Positions 26,901-40,026 of a stretch of 64,000 nt of DNA are shown here, one piece after another. A program made the translations under genes and the position numbers. Source of the DNA: Paragordius varius (taxonomy: Eukaryota; Animalia; Nematomorpha); the NCBI GenBank assembly GCA_964247055.1, contig OZ176051.1, positions 14,136,001 through 14,200,000 of the forward strand. Direction: 5' to 3'. A model generated the notes under the pieces. The model was not told where the DNA came from, did no database searches, and saw only the letters and a program-made list of their open reading frames with translations. Each line of letters starts with the position of its first letter. The first letter of the stretch is position 1.

Positions 26901-28964
26901 GTAAAATTTGGCCTGAAAAGTCATTGTAGCCCTGATTTATATTTTTAGTGTATGTATGTCTATTTTAATTTATAGAAACTATTTCGAAAGTGCCCTTAAT
27001 ATGATCTTTGATGGAGGTATGCTCGCTATTAACAACTAATTTATTATATGTTGTTTAATTTTATGTATGTAGCCCCTTATCCGCTACGATGTGGTTCATT
27101 TGCTGATGAAATATTTGGATATAATATTGTGAAACAAGCCTTACATCTGACCGCATTGGTAATTTATTATACAAATGTCAAAAAATAAACTATCCATAAG
27201 TTGCTGTATTTAAATTTATTACCATTGTTTTATATATTGAATAAAACAAATTATTTTCACCTTAAAACCCCTCTAATCTTTTACGAAATAATTATAACAT
27301 AACTAGATTATATAATAATCATGCGATTTTACTCGTTTAAGGATATTTTAAAATTCTATAATGAATCAAATGAAAATTTAAATTCAAATAAGCTTTTTTG
27401 TCAATATAAATAATATAGCTTATGTTTTATCATATGTCCAAAAGCCACAGGCTAATCAGAGTAATAATAGAAATTACGGACAAAAAGTAAAATATAAAAC
27501 AAATATTTATTAAAAGACAACCAAACTTTTTAAAATTTTAATGTTTCCTTATAAGCTACTTAGTAATCAAACTTTGTAATTTTAAATGATTTATATTGAT
27601 ATAAATCTAGATTTAAAAAGTATAGGAAGTCTTTTAAAAAGATTATTTGTCTTTATATTTTTACATTTTGTCCGTATGATTTCAGTTTTTACTGTATCAA
27701 ATTTTGTAAAGATTATTTTTTGCATAAAAAAATTCTATTAGTAGTAAAATACCCAATACCAAAAAAAGTTGCCAATTAATAGATAAGTTATAAAACTTAA
27801 TTAGAATTTTAGAAATAATTTCGCACTGTATTATTTATTTTTTTTAACAATAACATAATAATATAAACTAATTTTATAAAAGAATTGAAATCCTATTTAA
27901 TATAAAACTATTTTATAATAGTATATCTTAAACAAATGATTTTTAATCCTATATTGTTTAAACCTAATATAATTAGAGACATATATATTTATTGGTTAGC
28001 GAATTTCTTATATTATAATGTGTTTACATAATATAACCTTCTGAAATATATATATTATGATGGGAAAATGTATCATAATTATCATAAGGCTTATGGTTTT
28101 GGGCCTTACTAGTGATATAACAGAGTTATATAAACTTATGTGGTAAGTGCTTCATATCAAAAAATGGTAAAATTTGGGTACATTTTTTGAAATAAAATAT
28201 TTTGATGAAAGTTAAATGCTTTATTCCAAAATATATCACTAAATTTAAACTCTCTATAAAAAGCATAACAATATTTTTAGAATATTTAATTTTTAGATGT
28301 GGACCCCAAATTTTTTCGCTCTTTAAAATGGGCTTGCTTTTTTAATAAACACAAAATGTCGGGATTGCAAATGTATGAGTTTGACATCAAATTTTTTTTA
28401 AAAAATTGCATACTCTATAAAAAAATTTAATTTTTAGCAAAATTTTATTGAAGTGTATCATCCAATTTTTAGTGATGGAAACGGTAAAAATTTAAGATAT
28501 TAAAAAACACTTAATATAATTTGATGATAACATTTCTATCACCTCTAATATTCGTTCCTCTTTAATATTTATGTCAAATATTTGTTGTTTTTATAAATCA
28601 CAAAATTTAAATGTAAATGAACCTTTAAATTAAAATTCTAAAGCGATAGAAATGTTCAGCATATCAAATATGGAAAATGTTTTTATAATATCTAAAAGCG
28701 TTTTTATACCATTTCAATCATTCCTAAAAATAGTATGAAGTATGTACTTCGACAAAATTTGCTATTAATAAAATTTTGTAAAGTATGCATTTTTTAAAAA
28801 TAATTTTATGTCAAATTTGGCATATTTTATCGTGCGATACGGCATTTTTTAGTTTATTTTAAAAGTAGCACATTTTGGAAGAGCGAAAAATTTGGGACTT
28901 TCGTAGCCCACATCTAAAAATTGAAATTTTTAAAAATATTTGTTTGCTTTTTATAGGTAGGTTA

Positions 28965-29007
<43 letters not shown>

Positions 29008-29177
29008 TGATATATTTTCGAATGAAGCATTTAGCTTTCACAAAATAAATTAATACAAAAAATGTACTCAAATTTTGTCATTTCCATGGAACACTTACCA
29101 CAAAAGTTAATTTGTTTTATCACTCGTAAGGGCCAAAACCAAAAGCACCATGATAATCCTAATACATTTTTATATCA

Positions 29178-29220
<43 letters not shown>

Positions 29221-30727
29221 GTTATTTTTTATACCCTCCGATTTTGGACACAGTTTTATACAAGGGTTTCAACCCTCGCTAAAAATTTGAAAAACCTATT
29301 AAAAAATTTTTAATACTATTTTTCACAGTGTAAATTAAAACCCAATTTTCTCGAATTTTAAATGATCTTTTAATTATATAAAAATTAAGTACGTTTCATA
29401 TCGGAAACTAATGCAAAAATTTATTTTGCAGATGACGTTTTAGAACATTATTTTAGTAAAGTTTTAATTATAGTATTATGGCTAAAACTACGCAAAATTA
29501 TTTATAATAACAAAATATATTGACATGCTGTATTTAAGCGTAAACAATTATAAAATAAAGCGTGTTAAATGCAAAAATATACAACAGGGGTGTCCACACA
29601 AATAGCTTCGCGGATCACATAAGCAAAATATATGGGCCATATAATTGAATGTACTGAAACTTTATTTTAACAATTTTGACTACATTAAAATTTGTTTAAG
29701 AAGATTAATTTTACAACTTCGAAAAATTTTATAAAAAATTTCTGGACTGTAGAAATATTTCGAAGGCCGCATTCGGCCTATGGTTACCGGCGTGTTTGAC
29801 ACCCCTAGCCTGCAATTTTGTTGAAAATAGTAATTTTTTGGAACTAGCTATTTACTTTAATTTATTGTCAATAACTTCGGTACTTAAATAAATATTGAAC
29901 TTCTTTGAATCCAACATTTTTAGTTATAACGGTTAGATTTAAATTCAAATATTGTAAATAGTAAGGAGGCGGTGTGTATAATTAGTCATTTTACATCATT
30001 ACTTGTATTTTTTAGCATTTGTATGATGTCCCTCACGAAGCCCTCAACTCCTCTAATGTTTCTAAAAATTATGTTAATTATCCAACCATTATTATGAAAA
30101 AGGATATGTTAAATGTTTTTAAGGTAAGTATACTTGGATATATAAGTAATTTTAACTAATCTTATTTTTCAATATTATTTATTATTTTATGTAAAATAGA
30201 AAATAGGGATATTATTAGCTCATTCAATAAGATAGTAAAAATGTCATAGTTAAAAATCGAGGTTTGAAAAGATCATTATCTAACAAATATTTGTCTAATT
30301 TTTTTCTGCCTAATTTATATTTTACCAGAATTACCGCATATAATACAAATCATCATTAGGCCTAAAATATACTATATTTTGTGTATTATTCTAAAAAATG
30401 TGAAATTTTTGACAATATTTTACTTATTAGTAATTTTATTTATATCACTAATTCCATATTTGTCGGACATTTATATAATTTTTAGACGTACTCATCTGGG
30501 TCGAACATAGAAAAGGAATTTCAGGACAGGTATGTTTTATGGGATATTCCATCATATATTTTAATTTTATTTATGTAAATATTTAAAATTTAAATGCAGT
30601 TATATTGATATATATATAAAAAAATAGAATATTTGAATTGTTATCAACAACCAAGGAAGCGGCTGAAGAATTTAATTGCAAACAGGGATATGAAAATCTT
30701 GCAAATTGCACACTTATTTACCAATAA
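15868..30727 (+). CDS. Divergent, probably secreted neprilysin (peptidase M13)-like protein lacking HExxH; multi-exon, possibly pseudogenised
   Basis: Hand-built exons: 15868-15922 (signal peptide MLSRYFILIFLGLEIHA), 16681-17106 (QLRNFYESC), 17555-17976 (PFFHDIRID..ISLNQ), 20728-20772 (TLEELKTRY), ~22756-22818, ~22947-23160, 23680-23760, 23828-23869, 25000-25082 (VSYG..FFERFL), 25467-25520, 25718/25753-25809, 25886-25941, ~26090-26235, 26400-26446, 26976-27016, 27073-27158 (GSFAD..G), 30016-30123, 30486-30529, 30628-30727 (RIFELLSTTKEAAEEFNCKQGYENLANCTLIYQ*, cf. M13 RVxGxLxNxxEFxxAFxCxxGSxMNPxxKCxVW). GT-AG boundaries; AATAAA near 30755. Exons around 22.8 kb and 25.5-26.3 kb are ambiguous. 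Confidence 0.72.
20035..20595. mobile_element. FB-21 foldback element, copy 2 (inverted relative to copy 1), intronic
   Basis: Same 21-bp subrepeats at both ends; the AT-rich core is the reverse complement of 4470-4870. Confidence 0.8.
20938..20972. repeat. (TA)n microsatellite
   Basis: Direct TA run. Confidence 0.95.
23906..24196. mobile_element. hAT MITE, intronic
   Basis: TIR CAGGGGTGTCCA..TTGACACCCCT(A); 8-bp TSD atttagat/atttagac. Confidence 0.88.
27470..27680. repeat. Small inverted-repeat element (putative MITE)
   Basis: tacggacaaaaagtaaaatataaaacaaata vs tatttgtctttatatttttacattttgtccgta; a related half copy lies near 58320. Confidence 0.5.
28055..29180. mobile_element. FB-TA foldback element, complete copy, intronic
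   Basis: Long imperfect inverted arms (aaaatgtatcataattatcat..tggttttgggccttactagtgat vs atcactcgtaagggccaaaacc..atgataatcctaatacattttt); flanked by TA runs and containing (TA)n at 28968-29004. Confidence 0.8.
29181..29217. repeat. (TA)n microsatellite
   Basis: Direct TA run abutting the FB-TA right TIR. Confidence 0.95.
29585..29807. mobile_element. hAT MITE, intronic
   Basis: CAGGGGTGTCCA..TTTGACACCCCT(A) termini; TSD not matching. Confidence 0.78.
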
Positions 30728-33700
30728 TGTTTTATATTATTCATTATGACACTAATAAAAATTTAATAATTTATCCTGTTAAACCCATGCTATTTTTTCA
30801 ATATATGAAAATATGATATATAACATATCTTTTTAAGATAAAAATGATGGTGTTAAAGCAAAGACTTTATTAATTATACTCTGAGTCAAGCTTATTTTAG
30901 CGTTAAATTAATATTATAAAAATTTGGATAACAACCCTTGATAGTATAAATATAAATGCGATTTTTTGTTTAAGATAAAAGATTTAATAAAATCGATATA
31001 ATAATATTGAACATTTATTAATATTTTAATATATATGTCTATATGATGTAAACATCAAAATTATGGGAGGGTCTTACAAGTTATGACTCTCTTTTGTGGC
31101 GCTATGAGCGGCGGAGCGATTAGCACTTGACTAATCTTTTTATCTTAAGGCAACTTAGAAACAGTTAGCAATTTGTGATATCCTTTTGAAGTGTAAATAA
31201 CACGTTCATCCACCCCATTTGTTTCGTGGATGATAGAATCACACTGATGTTTCACCATATTTTGACCCCCCATATGAAGCAGAATCGATAACTGTGAAGC
31301 GCGGAACCCTTAAACAAATTTCTAATCGATAAAATATGTTTTTAAAATGAACATTTCCAAACAACTCACTTCAACAGCTGCTATCGATAGCCACCAACCA
31401 TCCGAACCGGTAGCCACATACATCCGTTAAAATACCCGTATAAAGTGCTGTACGTGGGGTTGCTTTTAATGTTACTTCGGTTTAACTGACATGACATGCA
31501 AGATCTCAAATTTTCCGCCTAGCCAAAACCCCAGCCGCACCTTTCATTAAATTTCATAATATCCAACATAAAAAAATTAACGTTTGATTTTCTTGTGTTT
31601 CGTTTCTTATAATCAATATCGGATATAAATTCTAGCTGACCAATCCTTTTGATGTAGAGGCGCTATATGCTAAACGCACCTATATAATTGTAAACACTTA
31701 CTTTGTGATACACCTAGTTAATGTTAATTGTAGCTTCAAGCAAAATAGTTAATATATAATTCTTGTATTGTGATATCACACACACATGTTTGATTTTAGT
31801 ATTTAATAAATGTTTTCTTTGTAAGATAACTCTATTTCTATTATTGGCGCGTCGATGAACCTGGCAAAACTTTCTCTGGAAAGCTTTGATGAAAAGGAAA
31901 ATTTGACCGATACGTTTTATACATTCAGCGAATGCTAGCTGCAAAAAACATGACGGCAAGAGACAGCAATTGCAAGACTTTATTTCTCGCTTACGCAGGA
32001 ATGTTGGTCACAAAGAAATTCGCCGCACATCATTGAAGCCGGCAAGAAAATTTACGAATCGAATAGGACAAATATATTCCAGGCCAGATTTAATTTCGTA
32101 AAACTTCGTCGGAAAGAAAATGAAACATTTACGGGATTCCTTTTACGAGTCAAAACCGACGCCGCAAATTGCAACCTCAAGCTTGACTTCGATGAAAAAA
32201 TGCGCGACGCGTTCCTTGCAGGCCTGTGAGTGGAAAAATTAGAATTAGATCTGTTTAATAGATTCCCCGACGCCATGTGGGAAAGCGAAACCGTAACCCT
32301 AAAACAAGTGAGAGACATTGCTCTCAACTATGAAAAAGCACATCAACTAACAACAATAAATGGGCAGATATTGCAGACTACAGCTCGGAAATACCAAAAC
32401 AAGTGTCGATTCTGCGGTTAAGGTCATGCACTCGGCAGATGCCCAGCTTAGGACAAGCAATGTTATAAGTGTCAAGGCTGGATCACTTCCAACCTTACTG
32501 TAAGAAGAAAGGGATTAGCAACGTTCAGCATGTCGAATGTGGAACCTTCCCCAAGATAATAATAATTAATGGTAAGCCAATGCGCATGATTTTGGACACA
32601 GGTTCAAGTGTATCTATAATTGATTGTCAAGCGTGGAAAAAAAATTAAGGAGCCCGAGTTGCAACAAACATGCCCAGATTTGTATAGCTATGGTGAAAGA
32701 ATCAATTCCGAGGGTAGATGTATGGATAGGGTACAAAACCGATGTGAAACGACATCTTTAGCATGTATGGTTGTAAGCGGCAAGAAGGACCCAGCAATTC
32801 CTGGTTGGGATTGGCTACAAGAATTCTCGAGTGCCATAAAGCAGTTGATAAATTGTCCTAAATGTTTTAATAATTATATATTTGAGGAAAATTCACTTGT
32901 TAATAAATTTAATTACTTTTTTGTGAAAAGTTAGGGTGTTTCACTGGAACCCCTATCAAACTTTTTTAAAAAACAATACAAAACCAAAATTTTTAAGTGT
33001 TTCGCATCCCGATACCGTTAAAAGAAAAAGTTGACTCTGAAACATAGAGACTTTTCGAAGCGGACATAATCAAACCATTAGACCCTACGATTGAGCTAAC
33101 CTGGGCCACTCCTATTGTTTGTATAACAAAAGCGAATGGTGCCTTAAGGTTATATGCAGATTACTGTGTTACAATAAATCCACATCTAGTGGATGACAGT
33201 CATATTATACCGAAATTTGACGAATCAGTTTCCAAAATAGGATTAGGAGTCATTTTCGGTAATCGATTTGAAAGACGCATATCTGCAATTTCCAATAGAT
33301 CAAGAAAATCAAAAGTTACTAACAATTACCACACCCCTAGGGTATTTCACATATAAAAGGCTTCCCTTTGGGCTAACAAGCGCCCCCTACATTTTTCAAA
33401 GATTAATGGATAAGATTTTAGGTGACTGACCAGGAACAGCTGTATATTTAGACGATATTTTAATAACAGGAAAAAACCGAAACGAGCATGAAATAAACAT
33501 AGAAAGGTTATTAAAGCATCTAGACGAATCTGGTTAAAAATTAAGTAAAAGCAAACCTAAAACTTTTTCAACCGTCTGTAAGCTATTTAGGATATGTTAT
33601 ATCAAAAAACGGCATACCAGCCGCCGATAATGTTAAAGCCATACAAGACTTCCCAAGACCCACAGACAAAACAACATTCAAGTCCTTCTTAGGCTTAATA

Positions 33701-36095
33701 AATTTCCTTACACGATTCCTCCCGAAATCGCATGGAGGTTTGGCTATACTTCACCTAAGCAGTTATAAAAAACCCTGGATATGGACCAAAAACCACGAGG
33801 ACTGTTTTAACAGAGCCAAAAATTTAATATGTCATACCGTTAAACTAACTCCGTTCAACCCTGATTTACCTATAATAATCGAAACAGACGCCTCGAATAA
33901 AGGGTACGGAGCAGTGTCACTATAGACCACGGAGGAGGGCATAAATAAACCCATCGCCTACCGATCTAGAAATTGGTCTAAACCCGAAGAAAATTATTCA
34001 GTGATAGAAAAGGAATCAAAAGCCATACTTTTCGCTTTTTATAAATTTAAAACGTTTATTACAGCGAAGAAGTTTGAACTGCGTACTTATCACAAACCAC
34101 TAATAAAGCTGTTTGGAAATAATCGTGAATTAGAACAAATAAATAATTCCAAGCTACTACGTTGGAGATATAAAGCTAGCGAATTTAATTTTAATCTACG
34201 GTACATTAAAAGCCACGAAAGCATTGCATATCCATTGTCCAGCATGCCGACAGAACCAGAAAAACAAGACACAGAAGGCCTTCAAACAGCAGAACATGTC
34301 AGGTTTGTCAAAAGTAATCTATTCAATATAATCGTGACCATATTAGAAGCCAGACCGAAACCGACCCTGTAGAAAAAGATAATAAGTGCATTAAGAACAA
34401 ACAACTGGTCAAATAAAATATAACATCCATTCCACAGTTTTAGAATTGAAATTGAAAATACATACGGGTTATTATATTGGCATGATAGATTAATAATTCC
34501 CGAATCTCAAAAAATAAATATCTTACAATTATTACACGTCGGACACCCCGGATTCAAAGCAATGTACGAACGAGACAAATAGTCTTTTACATGGAAAGCG
34601 ACATAAAAAAGTGCGTAGATACTTGTAAAAAGTGTCAAGAAAACCGTCCGATGCGAAAACTGAATCCCACATGGAACACTAATACAGCAATATGCAAGAG
34701 ATTACACATAGATATAGCTTACCCGATAGACAATTATTATTGGATAGTTCTTATTGACAGTTATTCTCGATGGGTCAAAGTTAAACTACCGAAAATGATA
34801 TCGACCAAAAATATATTAAATTTCCTAGACGAATGTTTCAGTCGATATGGATCTCCAAGAATGATAGTAACCGACAACGCGTCTTACTTTACATCTGAGG
34901 AGCTTATTCATCGAAACGGGAAACATTAAACACGTAACATCAGTTCCCTATCATCCAAAAACGAACGGAATGGTGAAACGAGTGATATATACCCTCAAAA
35001 CACATTATCGGTCATAAAAGACAATGACCCACAATCAAAAATAAATAACACGCTTTTATACCACACTGACATACACAGTGCTACAACTACAAGTCCCGTT
35101 CAATTTTCCTAAAACGTACCCCACCTAATCCAATCATGGCTAAAATATAAACAAACAAACTTCCTACGATGTACAACCGAATGGCGAATACGATGAAAAC
35201 GAACAAATATATTAAAAAAATAAACTAGCGAATGGTTGGCGAGAAGGAATCGTAAATAAACGACTAGGATTACGCGATGATAAAATTATCCAAAAACATT
35301 GAGACCAAGGGAAGGAGGTGAACGAATAATGGGAAAGACAACTTCGCTCGTAGAAACTCCACCATCGCATGACCTATTTGTTAGATACCCTACTGACACG
35401 ACCGAAGCCCCGACATTACATCTTCCCCAACTCTCGGAACCCATCATTGAGTTCCCATCCCAATAAACACCCACTATAGCACCTACCACTGACACTAATA
35501 CAGAACGGCGATATCCTAAACGAATCCGACACTTACCAGATAGATATCAAGGACAGGGAAAGAGTGATGTTAAGGTAGATCCTAGGACACAAACGCACCT
35601 ATATAATTGCACTAGACCAGGGCTTCTTAAACTTTTGTAGTTCCCGACCCCATTCATGATTGCGAGTTTCTTAACGACCCCAACAAATATAAAAGAAAAA
35701 TAATAGTTTCTTCTTAAAAAAATTCGTTTGCACGCGCGCGCGTTCAACCCATCAGACGCAACTTCAAAAACGAAAAATTCTTAATTAATTTTATATTATA
35801 ATTATTATTTATACCAATTATTATAATTATCTATTGTTATCTATTTATTTTCAAAGTTTATATCTTTTATCTGTTTTTCTCATTCACCAAAAAATGCGCG
35901 AAATTACCTTTATAATATTTTTCATATATTTTATCTATTTATCGTTTTATTTAAAGTGTATTACATATTCCGAATCAAAATTCTTATTCTGCGTATTTTA
36001 TTTTATTTCATTTTTATTTATTGATATATATTTATATATGTTTTTTTATTATTATTTTTTGGTTAAAATTTTTGATTCTTTTTTAGTTGCATTTT

Positions 36096-38647
36096 GAGGT
36101 TAGACGTGCTGACAATAGAATTATAAGTGTCGACCTATTGTTAAATAAGAGGGTTTTTACTATTTTTAGCGTCTATGCCCCCCAGATAGGAAATTAAACC
36201 GGAGAAAGATAAATTTTATGATTTGTTAGAAGCAGAAATGACTTCATTAACGAAAGACAGAGAAATTACATATTGTGGTGATTTCAATGGGCACGTGGGA
36301 CAAAATAGGAGAGGTTTTGAGCCTTGGCACGGCGGAAAAGGTTACGGGATTATAAATGAGGGGCTAGTTTAAGATTTGCCCAATCTTATAAATTTGCTAT
36401 AACAAATACTTTTTTTACTAAAAGGGATAGCCACTTAATTACCTACGAAAGAAATAAGAAGTCACAAATCGATTATATTCTAGTACCACGAAAGCCTTTA
36501 AAGTTTGTTTTGGACTGCAAAGTTACCTAACCTGCAGATTAGCACACAACACAATTTAATTATGTTAAAAATATATGACAGATATACCAATAAATGCCAA
36601 AAAGCCTAAGCTTATAGCGCCGAAGGTAATTAAATGGGATTCCCTAGGAAACAGTAAGAAAGATTTGTAGGAACGGTAGACATACTAGACAGGAACAGTG
36701 ATCCAGATATTTGGTCTCAGGTGGCAAAAAAATAAGAGAGGCGGGAGTTAAGATGTGCGGAACGAAAGGTGGCAGAAATCAGTTTATAGAGAAGCATGGC
36801 TGAAAGACGAAAAAATAATTCTGAAATCGCGAGAAAAAATAAAAGCTTTTTAAATGTGGAGGTTTACCCACCAAGCAGAAGACAAGGAAAAATATAAAAG
36901 GATTAATAAGGAACTTAAAAGGCTTGTAAGATTGGCCAAAAAAAAGACGGCATCATTATATGAAGAGTTAAGTAAGCAAAAACAAAGTTTTTAAAATTGC
37001 TCGACAAAGACACAGAAGAAAGCTGGACCCCCCTTACGCGACAGCTATTAAAGATAAAAACGGCAAATTACTCGTTGAGGAAGCGAAAATATTGAAAAGG
37101 TGGAAAGAATATTTCCAGGACCTTGAATTGGGCGTCAGTGAAACAAGTTTACCCGAAATACCAGATTATATATCTGCGCATATTGAAAGTATAACAAAAG
37201 AAGAAGTCCAGGTTAGAGGAGATGACAATAAATAAGGCTGCAGTTGGAAAATAATGTCAGAGAAAGGTATTGAATTTTTGACGGATATTTTTAATAATGT
37301 AGTTACTACAGGTATGATACCAACCGAATGGAAGGAGAGTTTCACTGTTCCCATTTTCAAGGGTAAGGGAGATATTAATGATTGTAATAATTACAGAGGG
37401 ATAAGATTGATGTCGCAAACAATGAAGTTATTTGAGAAAGTACTAGAGAAAAGAATAAGAAAAATGGTTAGTATAGAGGGTAATCAATTTGGTTTTATTC
37501 CAGGAAAATCCACCATTGATTCGATTCACGCAGTGAGAAGGCTAATCGAGAAACATATAGAAATGAAAAAGGAGTTGCATGGTTTTTGTATTGATATTGA
37601 AAAGGCATTTGACAGAATACCTCGGAGCACAATATGGTGGAGCTTAAGACTGAAAAAGGTCCCTGAAAGTTACATAAAGATTTTAAAAAGCATGGACGAA
37701 TCACACCAAACCAAAATTAAAACACACCAGGGAATATCAGGTCCTATTAAAATAAATGAAGGGGTCTATCAGGGGTCTACAATCAGCCCGTTACTATTTA
37801 TAATATGCATGGACGAAATTTCAAAAGAAGTAGGGCAACATGATGGCTGGTATTGTCTTTATGCAGACGACCTAATAGTGCTGTCCGACGAGTTGCATGA
37901 ATTAAAAGAATTGTTTGGTAAATGGATTGATGTGTTACGACGATGCGGATTAAAAATTAATAAAAAGAAAACGGAACTGATAAATTTTGGCGGGAAAAAA
38001 CAAGGAATGGAATTAGTAGAAGGGTGGGTATTAAAAGGTCAGGAGGAATGCAAATATTTAGGAGCGATATTAGCAGCAGATGGTTCTTTAACACTTGATA
38101 TTAATTTAAGAATTCCAAATAGTTGGGCAAATTATAAAAAGATCTCAAGTGTTTTGTGCCACAAAAACATTGACCTAAAAGTAAAGGGTAAGATTTACAG
38201 TGCTGTTGTACAACCAACAATGATGTACAACTCACAGACATGGGCAAGAAAGAAATCAGAAGAGAGGCACTTTGAGGTTACTGAAATGAGAATGCTTAGA
38301 TTGATGTCCGGTCTAACGAGGAATGACAAGTTGAAGAATGTCTACATAAGAGGAAGTGCGGAAATCAAACCGGTAACGCAAAAGATGATGGTAAATCGTT
38401 TAAGATGGTTCGGACATGTTGAAAGAAGAGATATTAATTATATTGGTAAAAAGATTGATGATTATATTGTGAAAGGCAAGAGGGGAAAAGGGCGCTCTAA
38501 AACGCAATGGATAGATACAGTTAAGAGGGACATGGCAAAACTGAACCTAAAACGCGAAGACGCCTTAGACAGGTTTCTATGGCGAAATAGTTTACGGATA
38601 TAACCGCTCGAAAGAGTGATATCATACAATGTAATTATTATTATAAT
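36096..38647 (+). mobile_element. RTE-clade LINE (APE endonuclease degraded, RT open)
   Basis: SVYAPQ and GDFNGHVG (APE; IDYILV further on) in broken frames, followed by the RT ORF and a short ATT-repeat tail. Confidence 0.95.
37254..38603 (+). CDS. RTE reverse transcriptase (449-aa open portion)
   Basis: WKESFTVPIFKGKGD..NYRGIRLMS, QFGF, DIEKAFD, GVYQGSTISPLLF, LYADD, KYLG. Confidence 0.95.
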   Translation: MSEKGIEFLTDIFNNVVTTGMIPTEWKESFTVPIFKGKGDINDCNNYRGIRLMSQTMKLFEKVLEKRIRKMVSIEGNQFGFIPGKSTIDSIHAVRRLIEKHIEMKKELHGFCIDIEKAFDRIPRSTIWWSLRLKKVPESYIKILKSMDESHQTKIKTHQGISGPIKINEGVYQGSTISPLLFIICMDEISKEVGQHDGWYCLYADDLIVLSDELHELKELFGKWIDVLRRCGLKINKKKTELINFGGKKQGMELVEGWVLKGQEECKYLGAILAADGSLTLDINLRIPNSWANYKKISSVLCHKNIDLKVKGKIYSAVVQPTMMYNSQTWARKKSEERHFEVTEMRMLRLMSGLTRNDKLKNVYIRGSAEIKPVTQKMMVNRLRWFGHVERRDINYIGKKIDDYIVKGKRGKGRSKTQWIDTVKRDMAKLNLKREDALDRFLWRNSLRI

Positions 38648-38780
38648 AGATTCTTCTTAATAACACTTAATTTTGTTGATAATATTTATCGGATTTCGGT
38701 TTTGAGAGATTGAGAAAAATAAATCTACATTTTTAATAAACTTCTATAATTTGTGATTCATAGTTAATTTATACAAGATA

Positions 38781-40026
38781 CTAGCTGGCTCTGTCACGCT
38801 TCGGTGTGGCCTAGTCTCACCGATAATTATTCTTAATAATTTAGGGTTAATGGAGATAAAAAAATAATAATAAACATATTTAATAAAAAGAATGCCTTTA
38901 ATTATTCTTTTACGGGTTTTGCATAGGCTGAAATATTGTGTACTCGAAATTGACCATATTTAATCTGTCCCTTATTAAAGTTAATATTCAACTATCATTG
39001 GATTTATTTTAAGATTTTCGTTTTAAGTCATGGTTAAAAGTTCTAATTTGAAATTGTTTTCATACAGCTGGGATCAAGGGATATAAAAAATAAATCATTT
39101 GTGGTCCCTTTTTAAGGGAAAGAATGATATTATACATATTCCCCAGAAATGTGTTTAACTGAACTCGTATGGCTTCTTAAGTTTTTTGAAAATTAGCTCC
39201 AAAACTACGCCTTTTTGTATGGCATCTCAGTAAACCGATACACCCTTACCCATAGACCTATAGGGAAAAGGCGCTGAGTTGAATTCTCTGCCTTTATAGG
39301 GCATATATTCGGAATCATTTTTGATACCATCGTCTCATGGGTTATTCGAAAAAATACTTCTAAATAATATATGATGGCGTTTTAGGGCATAAAGACCCCA
39401 AATTAATGGCTAATAAATGAACCCGACCTTAATTTTTACCTAGTTACGGGTATTATTAGCTTTTAATGAGCTAATATAGCTCATAAATTTTCTGTAAATT
39501 AGCTCCAAAACAACGCAATTTCTATATAATGCGCAGTTTTAGCGGTTATCTGTTTACCCAGCAGCCAATATAAAAAAACGACTATTTTATTTTCCTTTTA
39601 ACAGAGAATAAGTCGAATCCTCAGTAATTAACGGTATCATACCCTGGGCAATAAATTATTAAGTTTTGTTGAAAAAAATGGCATTTTACGGGGGGTACAT
39701 GTAAAAAAGAGCCTAAGTTAAAAAAGTAAGCCGAGTAGGTTCGGAGCAATCAAAAAAAAGTAAAAATAATCATATTCAAATCGAATGGTCCAACACGTTT
39801 TTCGGAAAATTGTCTCAAATACACGATTTTTCTGGACTTTTATTTCAAAAAACCCGTTTTTTACACGGGGTGGCCCCGAACTGGGAGTCTAATTCAAAAA
39901 AGGGAAGCTATTGTCGGGGCATTCATTAATAATTACATTTTTTCGACAATTGGATTTGAATGGGTCTACCGGTTTTCCAGAAATAGAACACAAAGCCAGC
40001 ATTTTCCATTTTTATAAATATGTAGA
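38781..40026 (-). mobile_element. Non-autonomous Helitron, copy 2
   Basis: Canonical A|TCTACATATTTATAAAAATG..hairpin (cacaccgaagcgtg)..CTAG|T on the minus strand. Confidence 0.9.
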
